Shown here: piece after piece, positions 35,208 to 47,725 of the stretch
Position numbering within the stretch: position 1 is the first letter of the stretch
Layout of the letters: every line of letters starts with the position of its first letter
DNA from: Ginglymostoma cirratum
Lineage: Eukaryota
Assembly (NCBI GenBank): GCA_024137785.1
Contig: JAHRHZ010000019.1
Location: forward strand, 788,658-848,724
Length of the DNA stretch: 60,067 nucleotides
Direction: 5' to 3'
The notes under the pieces: generated by a model
What the model was told of the DNA's origin: nothing
Databases searched by the model: none
Seen by the model: only the letters and a program-made list of their open reading frames with translations
Translations under genes and position numbers: made by a program

Positions 35208-35687
35208 CGTACAAAAGCAATCCTTCCGTGGATGCCTGGGTCCTGGAGCATAAGGATTATCAGAGACAGTGTGATAAATCCCCCTGATGGGGCGGCGGAG
35301 TGGGGGTGGGGGAGATAATATGCCATAAAATCGTACCCCACATTTCCCATGGCCTCACCAAATGGAGATTTGTTTTATGAGCATCAGACTGCAATTTCCC
35401 AAATGCAGCAGTTTGTGTAACATGTGGCACTGAGTTCCCTGGCCGTGCCTTGTCATTGTCTGAAACTTACTGTCCTTCTGTAACCTCGCTCTCCTTCCCA
35501 TGCCTGACATTGGCTTTGTGACATTATGTTATAATATTGTTCCTGACATTCATTTATTTCTGGTGCTCAACGATGTATTTTTGTAACTTAAAGCAATTTA
35601 CAGGTCGTCCCTCAGTGCAGTTTCTTACCAGTCAACAAACTTAAAGATGTTCTGTGATGTCACTCTTGTGTTGTTCAACAAACAGAA

Positions 35688-35805
35688 TTGCAGGGCACCC
35701 TTCCCAGAATGATTCACCGTGACACTGACTGCAGGGCACCCTTCCCAGAATGATTCACCATGATGCTGACTGTAGGACATGCTTCCCAGAATTCTTCACT
35801 GTGAT
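35688..35805 (+). repeat. About 40-bp tandem repeat, three copies plus a remnant beyond the SINE (about 36066-36097)
   Basis: Unit tgcagggcacccttcccagaatgattcaccgtgacactgac, decaying in later copies. Confidence 0.8.
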
Positions 35806-36064
35806 AGAATTCATACAGTGTGGAAACAGGCCCTTCGGCCCAACAAGTGTACACCAAACCTCAGAGCATCCCACCCAGACCTCCTTGAGGACTACAGGCA
35901 ATTTAGCATGGCCAATCCACCTAACCTGCACATCTTCGGACTATGGGAGGAAACCAGAGCACCCGGAGGAAACCCATGCAGACAGATGCCTGAGGCTGGA
36001 ATCGAACCTGGGTCCCTGGTGCTGTGAGACAGCAGTGCTAACCACTCAGCCACCGTGCCACCCC
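35805..36064 (-). mobile_element. HE1-type V-SINE
   Basis: Reverse complement begins ggggtggcacggtggctgagtggttagcactgctg, with B-box ggttcgattcc. Confidence 0.85.
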
Positions 36065-39000
36065 TACGATACTGACTGCAGGACTCTCTTTCTGGAACAT
36101 GCACACTCATTGATGCAGATTTTAAATTGTTGTGGCCTCAGGACTGATCCCTGGCACAATCTCTGACTCTTACCCTGTCTGGCCTAATATGACTCCAGAA
36201 GTATAATTTAATTAACTCATAACTCCCCTCCAGGCACTTCAGAGTGGGCAATAAATGCTGCCTAGCCAGTGAGACCCAATATTCATGAATAAATGAAAGG
36301 AAAACTTCATTATTTACAGCCTGAAAATAATTCATTTATCCCTGTTCTCTGTTTCCTGTTGCAAATCCATCCTCTACTGATGTTAATTTCGACTCTGCCT
36401 GTCTACATTGAGATTTCGATTATTATCATCACTATTATTATTATTAACATTGCTATCACTGGGTTGAGCTGCCTTCTTGAACCGCTGCTGTCCATGTGCT
36501 GTAGGTAGACCCACAATGCCCTTAGGAAGGTAATTCCAGGATTTTTTACTCAGCGACAGAGGAGGAATGGCAATCTATTTCTTAGTCGGGTTGGTGAGTG
36601 GCTTGGAGATGAACTTGCAGGGGGTAGTGTTCCTGTATATCTGCTGCCCTTGTCCTTCTAATTGGAAGTGATTGTAAGTATGGAAGGTTCTCACTAAGGT
36701 CCTTTGGTATATTTTTGCAATGCATCTTGGAGATGGCACATACTGCTGTTACTGAGAGTTGGTGGTGGAGGGACTGGGCATTTGTGGATGTGGTGCCAAT
36801 AAAGAGGGATGCTTTCTCCTGGATGGTATCAAGCTTCTTGAGAGTTGCTGGAACTGCACTCATCCAGGAAAGTGAGGAGTATTCTATCATGCTCCTGACT
36901 TGCGCCTTGTAGATTTTGGACAGGCTTCACCGAGTCAGGAATTGAGTTACTCAGTGCAGATCACCGAGCTCTTGTTCAGGTCTTTTTGAATGTGAACATG
37001 CACTGCTTCAGTATCTCAGGAGATGTGAATGGTGCTGAACATTGTGCACAAATGGGCGGGACAATGCGACCCTATCTTTATGATTTTTGGAGGGAGCTGG
37101 TTTTCTGATTTCTATCAGATATACTGTTTACTCAAAAACAATAATTGTTGACATCATAAACATACGTGCAGAATAATATAACTTACAACACAGACTGAGA
37201 CCATTCAGTCCATCAATCTTACAATAATTACGTTGGAGTAAAATCTCTCATGGAGCTTTACAAGGTCCAGTTGAGTAAGAGAAATATTTGGACAGTTAAC
37301 TGAACTGTAATGGCCTGAGAAATAAACCACCATTATCAATGACAGGAAATCATCCTGGATCATGATATCATGGAATGAAGCTCACAGGTAAAGGAAACAT
37401 TTTGGTTTCATTATAACGCATTGTTTTTTGTACTCCAGTACAGGAATTCTCAACCACATGAAGCAATTGAGGCCAAAACATCGAACGTTTTCAAGAAGGA
37501 ATTAGATATAGTTCTGAGTACTAAATGAATCAAAGGGTGTGTGGAGAAAGTAGGAACAGGGGCCTGAGCTGGAAGATCAGCCATGATTATGTTGAAAGGC
37601 AACGCAGGCACAATGGGCCCAACAGCCTACTCCAGCTCCTATTTTCTATGTATTGAGAAGGTGATGGTGAGCTGCCTTCCTGACCTGCTGTGGTGCACTT
37701 GGTGTTGGGACATTTGACCCAGTGACACTGAAGGAATGATGATGATATATTTCCATGTCCGGATGGTGAGTGCTTTGGAGGGGAACCTGAAGGAGGTGGT
37801 GTCGAATGTGTCTACTGTCCTTGTCCTTTCACTTGGGAGAGTCTCTGGGTTCAGAAGCTGCTGTTGGAGGACCCTTGGTGAGTCACTGAAGGGCATCTTG
37901 GAGATGGTACACACTGTTCATTGGTTTTAAAGGGAGGGAATGTTGAATGTGTTGGTTGTGGTGCTAATCAAGCGGGCTGCCTTGTCCTGGATGGCGTGAA
38001 GCTTCTTCAGTATTGTTGGAACTGCACTCATCAAGGCAATGGAGAAGAATTCCATCATATTCATACCCTATTCCTTGTAGAAAGATGGTAGACAGGCTGT
38101 GGGCGTCGAAGTGTGAGTTACTTGATTTCACCTGCTCTTCGAGCCACAATATTTATTAAAATGTTGCAGTAAATGGACAGGTAATTGTGGAGACCCTGGG
38201 AATATTTTTTCTTCATTTTCTGATAGGCTGTGGGCATCGCTGGCAATGGCCAGCATTTGTTCCTCATCCCTAATTGCCCTCAAACTGAGTAACCTTTATG
38301 GTCATTTCAGAGGTGAATAAGAACAATCCACATTGCTGTGTGTCCAGGGTCACATGTCGACCAGACCGGATAAGGATGGCAGATTTTCTTTCCTGAAGGA
38401 CATTAATGAGCCATATGTGTTTTTACAACAACTGATGAGAACATTAGGAATTAAGGTGACATGTTTCCAGCCCACAGTTTCATCGTAATTCTCTCAGTAT
38501 CAGTCCATCTGGCTGCATTTATCATCAAAAATAGAGATTTGAGACTTTAACATAATAAAAAGTATTTGTTTTGTAGAAACATATTGTATTTCTTAGACAT
38601 TCACTGCCATGAGCCAGTTCCACATTCAGATGGACCATGGCTGATCTGTACGTCAGTGGCATTTAGACTAAAGGTTAAATTGGTTTACAGTGTAACTCAC
38701 CCAGATGCTTGATTGGCAATACATGCGCAAGCACTCACTCTCTCCACCACCGATGCTCAGTAGCAGCAGTGTGTACTATCGACCAGATGAACTGCAGAAG
38801 TTCACCAACAATCCTCAGACAGCACCTTCCAAACCCACGACCACGTCTGTCTGGAAGGACAAGGGCAGCAGCCATATGTGAACACCACCACCTCCAAGGA
38901 CCGTTCCAAGCACACTCACCATCCTGGAAATATATCGCAGTTCCTTCACTGTCACAGGGTCAAAATCCTGGAATTCCCTTCCGAATGGCCTTTTTGGGTC

Positions 39001-39139
39001 AACCTACAGCAGCAGGAGGACTGCAGCAGTTCAAGAATGCAGCTCATCACCAGCTTCTCAAGGGGCAACTAGGGATGGGCAAGAATTGCTGGTCTATTCA
39101 GCGATGCACGCATCTGACAAATAGAAAAAACATAAAATG

Positions 39140-39500
39140 AGAGTCCTGATTAGAGTGGATGTGGAGAAAAGTTTTCCACTAGTAGGTGAGATGAGGACCT
39201 GAGGGCACAGCCTCAGAATGAACAGACGATCTTTTACAACTGAGATAAGGAGGAATTTCTTCAGCCAGATGGTTGTGAATCTGTGGAACCCTTAGCCGTA
39301 GAAGGCTGTGGAGGTCAAGTCATTGAGTGTACTTAAGACAAAGACGGATAAGTATTTGGTCATAAGGTGATTAAAAGTTCCAAGGAGAAGGCAGGAGAAT
39401 GGGGCTGAGAAACATTTCAGTCTTGATGAAAATGTGCAGCAGAAACAATGGGCTGAATGGCCTAATTCTGCTTTTGTATCTTATCACTTTATGGTCTTAA
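39140..39500 (+). mobile_element. CR1 3' fragment
   Basis: Colinear with about 15800-16145. Confidence 0.7.
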
Positions 39501-40115
39501 GGTTTTAAATGGGAAATTTCAAACTCTCTGCACTCGTATCTTTCGGCCACCATTTCCCACAACCGTCTGCAGCTCCTGTTCTGCTTAATGACACTCCACC
39601 TACACCTCTGATGTCCCTGTCCTGAGCTACTTCACACCCACCTTGGTTGCACTCTTTCTTATGACTCTCATTCATTCCTTTAGTTCAAGAGACACAGACA
39701 GAGGGACATAGGAATGGGAGTAAACAATTCAGCCCATCAAGTTTGCTCCACCACTCAACTAAATGACGATGGTCAATGACCTCATTTAACACACAATCTC
39801 CATATCCTTGTTGTAAATCATCTCCAGAGAGCTGTCAATTTCAGTCTTGAACATTCCGAATGACTCAGTCTCCACAACCTGGGGAATGCAGTTTATTGGG
39901 ATTTAAGCACAGCCTTTGACAAGGCCCACTATAGGAGACAGATAACAAAGTAAAAGCGGATGGGATCCAGGGTCACTTGGCAAGTTGGATCCAAATTTGG
40001 CTCCATCACAGCAACAGAGTGTGGTGGTCAAGGGCTGTTTGTGTGAATGGACACCAGTGTCCAGTGGTGTACCACAGGGTCAGTGCTGTGTCCATGATTG
40101 CCCATGCTGTATACA

Positions 40116-43100
40116 TAGAACTTAGAACTTAGAACATAGAACATAGAACAGTACAGCACAATACAGGCGCTTTGGCCCACGATGTTGTGCCGAACTTTTA
40201 CCCTAATCCTAGGGTCTATCTAACCTCCACCCCGACCTTATACTATCATCTATATGCCTATCTAATAGCCGCTTAAATGCCCCTAATGAGGCCGACTCCA
40301 CTATCAATTCCAGCAATGCATTCCATGCCCCTACCACTCTCTGAGTAAAGAACCTACCTCTGACGTCTCCCCTGTATCTACGTCCACTCACTTTAGAACT
40401 ATGCCTCCTCATAATAGCTACCTCCACCCTCGGAAAAAGTCTCTGGCTATCCACTCTGTCTATACTTCTGATCATTTTGTACACCTCATCAAGTCACTTC
40501 TCACCCTTTGTCGTTCTAAAGAGAAAAGCTCTAGCTCTCTCAACCTTTCCTTGTAAGACTTTCCCTCCATTCCAGGCAACATACTGGTAAATCTCCTCTG
40601 CACCTTTTCTGATGCTTCCACAACTTTCCTGTAATGAGGCGACCAGAACTGGACTGAATACTCCAGATGTAGCCGAACCAGGGTTTAGTATAGCTGGAGC
40701 ATAACTTCACAGCTCTTGAACTCAATCCCTCTATTAATGAAAGCTAACACACCATACACTTTCTTAACAACTCTATCCACCTGGATGGCAGCTTTCGGGC
40801 AACTGTGGACATGAACCCAAAGATCCCTCTGCTCCTCCACACTGCCAAGAATCTTTCCGTTAACCCTGTATTCTGCTTTCAAAATTGTCCTTCCAAAATG
40901 AATCACTTCACACTTTTCAGGGTTAAACTCCATCTGCCACTTCTCAGCCCAGTTCTGCACCCTACCAATGTCCCTTTGTAACCTAGAACAGCCCTCCGCA
41001 CTATCCACAACTCAATCCACCTTCGTATCATCTGCGAACTTGCTAACCCACCCTTCCACTCCTACATCCAAATCGTTTACAAAAATCACAAATAGAAGAG
41101 GGCCCAGAACAGATCCTTGTGGTACACCACTCGTAACTGAGCATCATGTTGAATATTTTCCGTCCATGACCACCCTTTGTCTTCTAAGGGTCAGCCAATT
41201 CTGAATCCATTTTGTCACATTTTCCCCTATCCCATGCCTCCTTACTTTCTGCATGAGCCTACCATGGGGAACCTTATCAAACGTCTTACTTAAATCCATG
41301 TATACCACATCCACTGCTCTACCTTCATCCATGTGTTTGGTGACCTCTTCAAAGAATTCCTTAAGGTTTGTGAGGCATGATCTACCCCTCACAAATCCAT
41401 GCTGACTATCGTGAATCAAACTGTACCTATCCAAGTGATCATAAATCCTCCCTCTCAGAGCCCTTTCCAATAATTTGTCCACCACTGAAATAAGACTAAC
41501 GGGCCTGTAATTTCTGGGGTTATCCCTATTCCCTTTTTTGAACAAGGGAATGACGTTTGCCACTCTCCAATCTTCCGGCACTATACCCGTGGACAGTGAG
41601 GATGAAAAGATCATCGCCAAAGGCCCTGTGATCTCTACTTTTGCTTCTCACAGAATCCTTGGTTAAATCCCATCAGGCCAGGGGGACTTGTCTGTCTTCA
41701 GTTCCTTAAAATTTGTAGTACATCTTGCTTACTAAGATCCACCTCTTCTAGCCTACCAGCATCTACAGCTAGGTCCCTTTCTTCCCGAAGAAAAGTATTC
41801 ATTAAGGACCTCTCCTATCTCTTTAGGTTCTGTACACAAATTCCCTTTAAAATCCTTGATTGGCCCTACCTTTTTCTGGTTATTCTCTTATTCACCACGT
41901 CCGTTTAAAAAGCCTTGGAGTTTTCCTTGATCCTGTTTGCCAAGGTTTTCTCATGCACTCTTATAGCTCTCCTAAGCCCTTTCTTCAGTTCCTTCCTGGC
42001 TAACTTGTATCCCTCCAGAGCCTCTTTCGATCCTGTTTCCTAAACCTTATGTAAGCCTCCTTCTTCCTCTTAACTAATCGTTTGACCTCTCTCGACCACA
42101 TTTTCCCTGCCTGCTAGGGACAAACATATCGAGCACACACAGTACGCATTCCTTAAACAATCTCCACATTTCTCTAGTGCTCTTCCCTGACAGCATCTGT
42201 TCCCATTTTATGTTACCCAGCTCTTGCCGAACAGAATTATAATTACCCAACCCTCAATTATAAACCTTACCCTACCCTCAATTATAAACCTTACCCTGCT
42301 GTATGTACCTGTCCTTTTCCATGACTATTGTAAAAGTAACAGAGTTATGATCACTACCGCCAAAATGCTCTCCTACCAACAGGCCTAACACTTGGCCCGG
42401 TTCGTTGCCAAGCACCAAATTCAAAGTGGCTTCTCCTCATGTTTGTCTATCTACATACTGTGTCAAGAATCCTTTCTGAACTCACTGGACAAAATCTGCT
42501 CCCTCTAAACTATTACAACTAAGATGTTTCCAATCAATATTTGGAAAGTTGAAGTCACCCATGACTACAATGCTGTGACTTCTGCACCTTTCCAGTATCT
42601 GCCTCCCAATCCGCTCCTCCACTTCTCTGCAACTGTAAAAGTGTGAGCTGATTCACTTTGGAAGAAAAGTGCGAGGTGATTCACCTTGGAAGGAGTAACA
42701 GTAATACAGAGTACTGGGCTAATGGTAAGATTCTTGGTAGTGTGGATGAGCAGAGAGATCTCAGTGACCATGTGCATAGATCCCTGAAAGTTGCCACCCA
42801 GGTTGATAGGGTTGTTAAGAAGGCGTACGGTGTGTTAGCTTTTATTGGTAGAGGGATTGAGTTTCGGAGCCATGAGGTCATGTTGCAGCTGTACAAAACT
42901 CTGGTGCGGCTGCACTCGGAGTATTGCATACAGTTCTGGTCGCCGCATTATAGGAAGGATGTGGAAGCATTGGAAAGGGTGCAGAGGACATTTACCAGGA
43001 TGTTGCCTGGTATGGAGGGAAGGTCTTACAAGGAAAGGCTGAGGGACTTGAGGCTGTTTTCGTTAGAGAGAAGAAGGTTAAGAGGTGACTTAATAGAGAC

Positions 43101-43890
43101 ATACAAGATGATCAGAGGATTAGATAGGGTGGACAGTGAGGGCCTTTTTCCTCGGATGGTGACAGCTAGCACAAGGGGACATAGCTTTAAATTGAGGGGT
43201 GATAGTTATAGGACAGATGTCAGAGGTAGGTTCTTTACTCAGAGAGTAGTAAGGGCGTGGAATGCCCTGCCTGCAACAGTTACAGACTTGCCAACTTTAA
43301 GGGCATTTAAATGGTCATTAGATAAACACATGGATGATAATGGAATAGTGTAGGTTAGATGGGCTTCAGATTGGTTTCACAGGTTGGCGCAACATCGAGG
43401 GCCAAAGGGCCTGTACTGCGCTGTAATGTTCTATGTTCTATGTTCTATGACGGGGTCTGTAAAAAAGCCACAACAAAGTGACTGCTCCTTTCTTGTTCTG
43501 GGCCTCAACCCAAACTGACTCTGTAGACATATCATTCTCCAACTGCCTTTCTGTAGCTGCTATACTAACCCTGACTAGCAATGCCACCCCCCCACCTCTT
43601 TTTCCACCCTCCCTATTTCTTTTAAAGCATATAAATCCCAGGACTTCCAACAACTATTCCTCTCCCTGAGTTACCCAAGTTTCTGTGATGGCCATAACAT
43701 CGTAGTTCCATGTACTAACCCATGCTCTAAGTTCATTCGCCTTATTTCTGATACTTCTAGCATTGAAGTATACTCACCTCATACCATCCCTGTGTCCACA
43801 ATTATGCTCCATTGACCGCATTTCTTCATTAACCACCTTACTGTTGGAAGGCTGAACACTTCATCCTCTGAATTACAAATTCGGTTCCCC
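40116..43890 (-). mobile_element. CR1 LINE, nearly complete but broken ORF2, containing a nested CR1
   Basis: NYRPVSL, DLSKTFDKVPH, WQMEFNPEKCEVIHFGR and GGGVALLVR; (agaacat)n tail at 40116-40150; same subfamily as 44960-50352. Confidence 0.9.
42636..43448 (+). mobile_element. Young 5'-truncated CR1 nested in opposite orientation
   Basis: Open 231-aa C-terminal ORF2 at 42658-43353 and (tctatgt)n tail; host sequence resumes in register on both sides. Confidence 0.9.
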
Positions 43891-44647
43891 ATATAATGCT
43901 GCAGGTCTGAGTTGAGGGATGGTAATTAGATTGCAACTGACACAAAGATTGGCTGGGTAGTTAAGAGTGAGGAGGAAGGTCTTAGGGTACAGGAGGATAG
44001 AAACAGATTGGTCAGATGGGCAGATCAGTGGTATCTAGAACTTAACCTTGATAAATGTGATATGACACACTTCGGAAGAACTAACAAGACATCATTTCAG
44101 TTGCCATTGTGGAATGTCACCAGACCAATATCTCCTTATTGACTCCATGTGAGAAATCCTGGAGCATTTTACTGTGTTAAAGGGACAATCAAACTGCAAA
44201 TTATTGTTGATTAAGCAAGTTTGAGCCAATCCATACGTCAGCTGTTTCATTTTGACGTAATATGGGTTCAAATGTTGCAGATAGAGACTGGCAAATAACA
44301 CCATTGACAACAGAGAACAATAGTTGCTGCCTGTGGTTTGAGTGGTTTTTATAACATTGTCAATTATTTTTGACAGAGTCTGTTCATTTTTATTTTAAAT
44401 TATGCTTTATTTCACTGACATATCAATTGCTGAGGAAATATTTAATTATCTGAACATTAATCAATGTGTCTCTGATATTCAGCTAATTCATTCAAAAGTA
44501 TGATCAGGAGCTGCTGGCAGCTAGTGCACTTTTGAGGTGATAAAGTTTTCACCTCAAACATCACCCTAACTCGTTGTGTACTGATGTGTTATAAACAACT
44601 GTCTTGTAATGAACAGCAACTGAAATGACCAATGGTTTGAGCCACTC

Positions 44648-44881
44648 GTTTGAGAGAAGCTGCTGCCCTTGAGACGTATAACCAATGTCAGGATCAGGGT
44701 TCTGTTGCTCGCTGGCAGTGTCCCTAACTGTAGAACACAAGGTCCAGGATCAAGTCCCACCCTCTGGTACAACACACCCCACAGGGGTCTGAGAAATAAT
44801 TTCAATGGTATTAGGGCTAGCTCTGTACTTAACTAATGCTGTGTTCTGCTTGGTGATCTCCAGCTGAATCCACAATGAATG
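44648..44881 (+). repeat. Paralogous block matching 1177-1414
   Basis: See 1177-1414. Confidence 0.9.
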
Positions 44882-47514
44882 GCCATCAGCAAATCACACA
44901 CTGTGATCGCTGAGTTCTGAAGAAGTTCTAAGGAAGTGTCACTGGACCCGAAACGTCAACACTTTTTAAAATTCTTCCAGAAATCTAGAGTAGAAGGAAT
45001 GGACGCTAGGGCAGTTGCATGCTCCTGTTGCAGGATGTGGGAGGTAAGGGTCACTGCTGGTGTCCCCTCTGACTTTACCTGCGAGAAGTGCACCCAACTC
45101 CAGCTCCTCAAAAACCGCATTAGGGAACTGAAGCTGGAGCTGGATGAACTCCGGATCATTCGGGAGGCTGAGGCGGTGAGAGAGAGGAGTTATAGGGAGG
45201 TGTCACACCCAAGGTACAGGAAAAAGGTAGCTGGGTGACTGTCAGGAAGGGGAAAAGGGATAGGCAGACAGTGCAGGGATCCCCTGTGGTCATTCCCCTC
45301 AACAATAAGTATACCATTTTGGATACTGTTGGGTGGGACAACCTGCCAGGGGAAGGCCATAGCAGACAGGTCTCTGGCACTGAGCCTGGCCCTGTAGCAC
45401 AGAAGGGAAGGGGGGAGAATAGGTGAGCAATTGTAGTGGGGGATTCGATAGTAAGAGGCACAGACAGGCGGTTCTGTAGACGCGAACAAGATGAGCGGAT
45501 GGTATATTGCCTCCCGGGTGCCAGGGTCCATGATGTCTCGGATCATGTCTTCAAGATCCTTAAGGGGGAGGTTGAACAACCAGTAGTCATGGTACACATC
45601 GGTACCAATGACACAGGTAGAAAAAGGACAGAGAATGTGAAAAATGAGTACTGGGAGTTAGGCTGGAAGCTGAAGTCCAGGACAAACAGGGTAGTTATCT
45701 CTGGATTACTACGAGTGCCACGTGATAACGAGGTAAGAAATAGGGACAGAGTGCAACTAAACACGTGGCTACAGGGCTGGTGTAGGAGGGAGGGCTTCCA
45801 TTATGTGGATAACTGGAGCCCATTCTGGGGAAGGTGGGGCCTATACAGTAAGGATGGGTTGCACCTGAACCAGAAGGGCACAAATATCCTGGGAGGGAGG
45901 TTTGCTCGAGCTATATGGGATGGTTCAAACTAGATTGGCAGGGGGTGGGGAACCGGATTTATAATTCAGAGGATGAGGTATTCAGCTTTCCAATGGACAA
46001 AACAGAGAGTGATATAACAAGGTGTAGAGCTGGATGAACACAGCAGGCCAAGCAGCATCAGAGGAGCAGGAAAGCTATTCTACTCGGCTTTATTGGACTC
46101 AACCTGACCTCACAATTCTACTCGGCTTTATTGGACTCATCTCTGAAACAAGAGGGAGTTTACAAACAAATGCGGTCGATGGAGCGTAATTGTGGACACA
46201 GGGATGGTATGAGGTGTGTATACTTCAATGCTAGAAGTATCAGAAATAAGGCAAATGAACTTAGAGCATGGGTTAGTACTTGGAACTACGATGTTATGGC
46301 CATTACAGAAACTTGGGTAACTCAGGGAGAGGAATGGTTGTTGGAAGTCCCGGGATTTAGATGCTTTAAAAGAAAGAGGGAGAGTGGAAAAAGAGGCGGG
46401 GGAGTAGCATTGCTAGTCAGGGCTAGTATAGCAGCTGCTGAAAGGCAGTTGGAGAATGATATGTCTACAGAGTCAGAGATAAAAGGTACTGCAGATGCTG
46501 GAGAATCCGAGATAACAAGCATGGGGCTGGATGAACACAGCAGGTCAAGCAGCATCATAGGAGCAGGAAAACTTGACGTTTCGGGCCTAAACCCTTCTTC
46601 AAGGACCACAACTTCCCCCCAACAGTGGTTGAGAACGCCCTCGACCATGTCTCCCGCATTTCCCGGAACACATCCCTCACGCCCCGTCCCCGCAACAATA
46701 ACCAAAAAAGAATCCCCCTCGTCCTCACATACCACCCCACCAACCTCCGGATCCAACGCATCATCCTCCAACACTTCCGCCATCTGCAATCAGACCCCAC
46801 CACCAAAGACATTTTTCCCTCCCCACCCTTATCTGCCTTCCGGAGGGACCACTCCCTCCGCGACTCCCTTGTCCGCTCCGCACTCCCCTCCAGCCCCACC
46901 ACACCCGGCACTTTTCCATGTAACCGCAGGAAGTGCTACACCTGCCCCCACACCTCCTCCCTCACCCCAATCCCAGGCCCCAAGAAGACTTTCCACATCA
47001 GGCAGAGGTTCACCTGCACATCTGCCAATGTGGTATACTGCATCCGCTGTACCCGTTGTGGCTTCCTCTACATCGGGGAAACCAAGCGGAGGCTTGGGAA
47101 CCGCTTTGCAGAACACCTGCGCTCAGTTCGCAACGAACAACTGCACCTCCCAGTCGCGAACCATTTCAACTCCCCCTCCCATTCCTCAGATGACATGTCC
47201 ATCCTTGGCCTCCTACAATGCCACAGTGATGCCACCCGAAGGCTGCAGGAACAGCAAATCATATTCAGCCTGGGAACCCTGCAGCCCAATGGCATCAATG
47301 TGGATTTCACAAGCTTCAAAATCTCCCCTCCCCCCAACCGCATCCCAAAACCAGCCCAGCTCATCTCCACCTCCCTAACCGGTTTTTCCTCTCACCCCAA
47401 GCCACACCCCCATCTCCTATCTACTAACATCATCCCGCCCCCTTGACCTGTCCGTCCTCCCTGGACTGACCTATCTCCTCCCTACCCCCCTACCTACACT
47501 CACCTTTACTGGCT

Positions 47515-47614
47515 NNNNNNNNNNNNNNNNNNNNNNNNNNNNNNNNNNNNNNNNNNNNNNNNNNNNNNNNNNNNNNNNNNNNNNNNNNNNNNNNNNNNNN
47601 NNNNNNNNNNNNNN
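47515..47614. other. Assembly gap (100 N)
   Basis: Run of N inside the PLE; matching TSDs on both sides support a correct join. Confidence 0.99.
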
Positions 47615-47697
47615 ACCTATCCTCTCCTCTATCCATCTTCTATCCGCCTCCCCCTCTCTCCCTATTTATTTCAGAACCCTCTTCCCCTCCCCCATTT

Positions 47698-47725
47698 CTG
47701 ATGAAGGGTTTAGGCCCGAAACGTC
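47698..47725 (+). ncRNA. Minimal hammerhead ribozyme-like motif in PLE terminal repeat
   Basis: attt-CTGATGA-A-GGGTT(TA)GGCCC-GAAA-CG-TC-aagt. Confidence 0.68.

Noticed and set aside
35688-35805. CRISPR-like array
   Set aside because: Eukaryotic context, no unique spacers; simple tandem repeat.
46131-47378. 415-aa ORF as a novel fusion gene
   Set aside because: Chance read-through from CR1 endonuclease into the inserted PLE, in a non-coding frame of the PLE.
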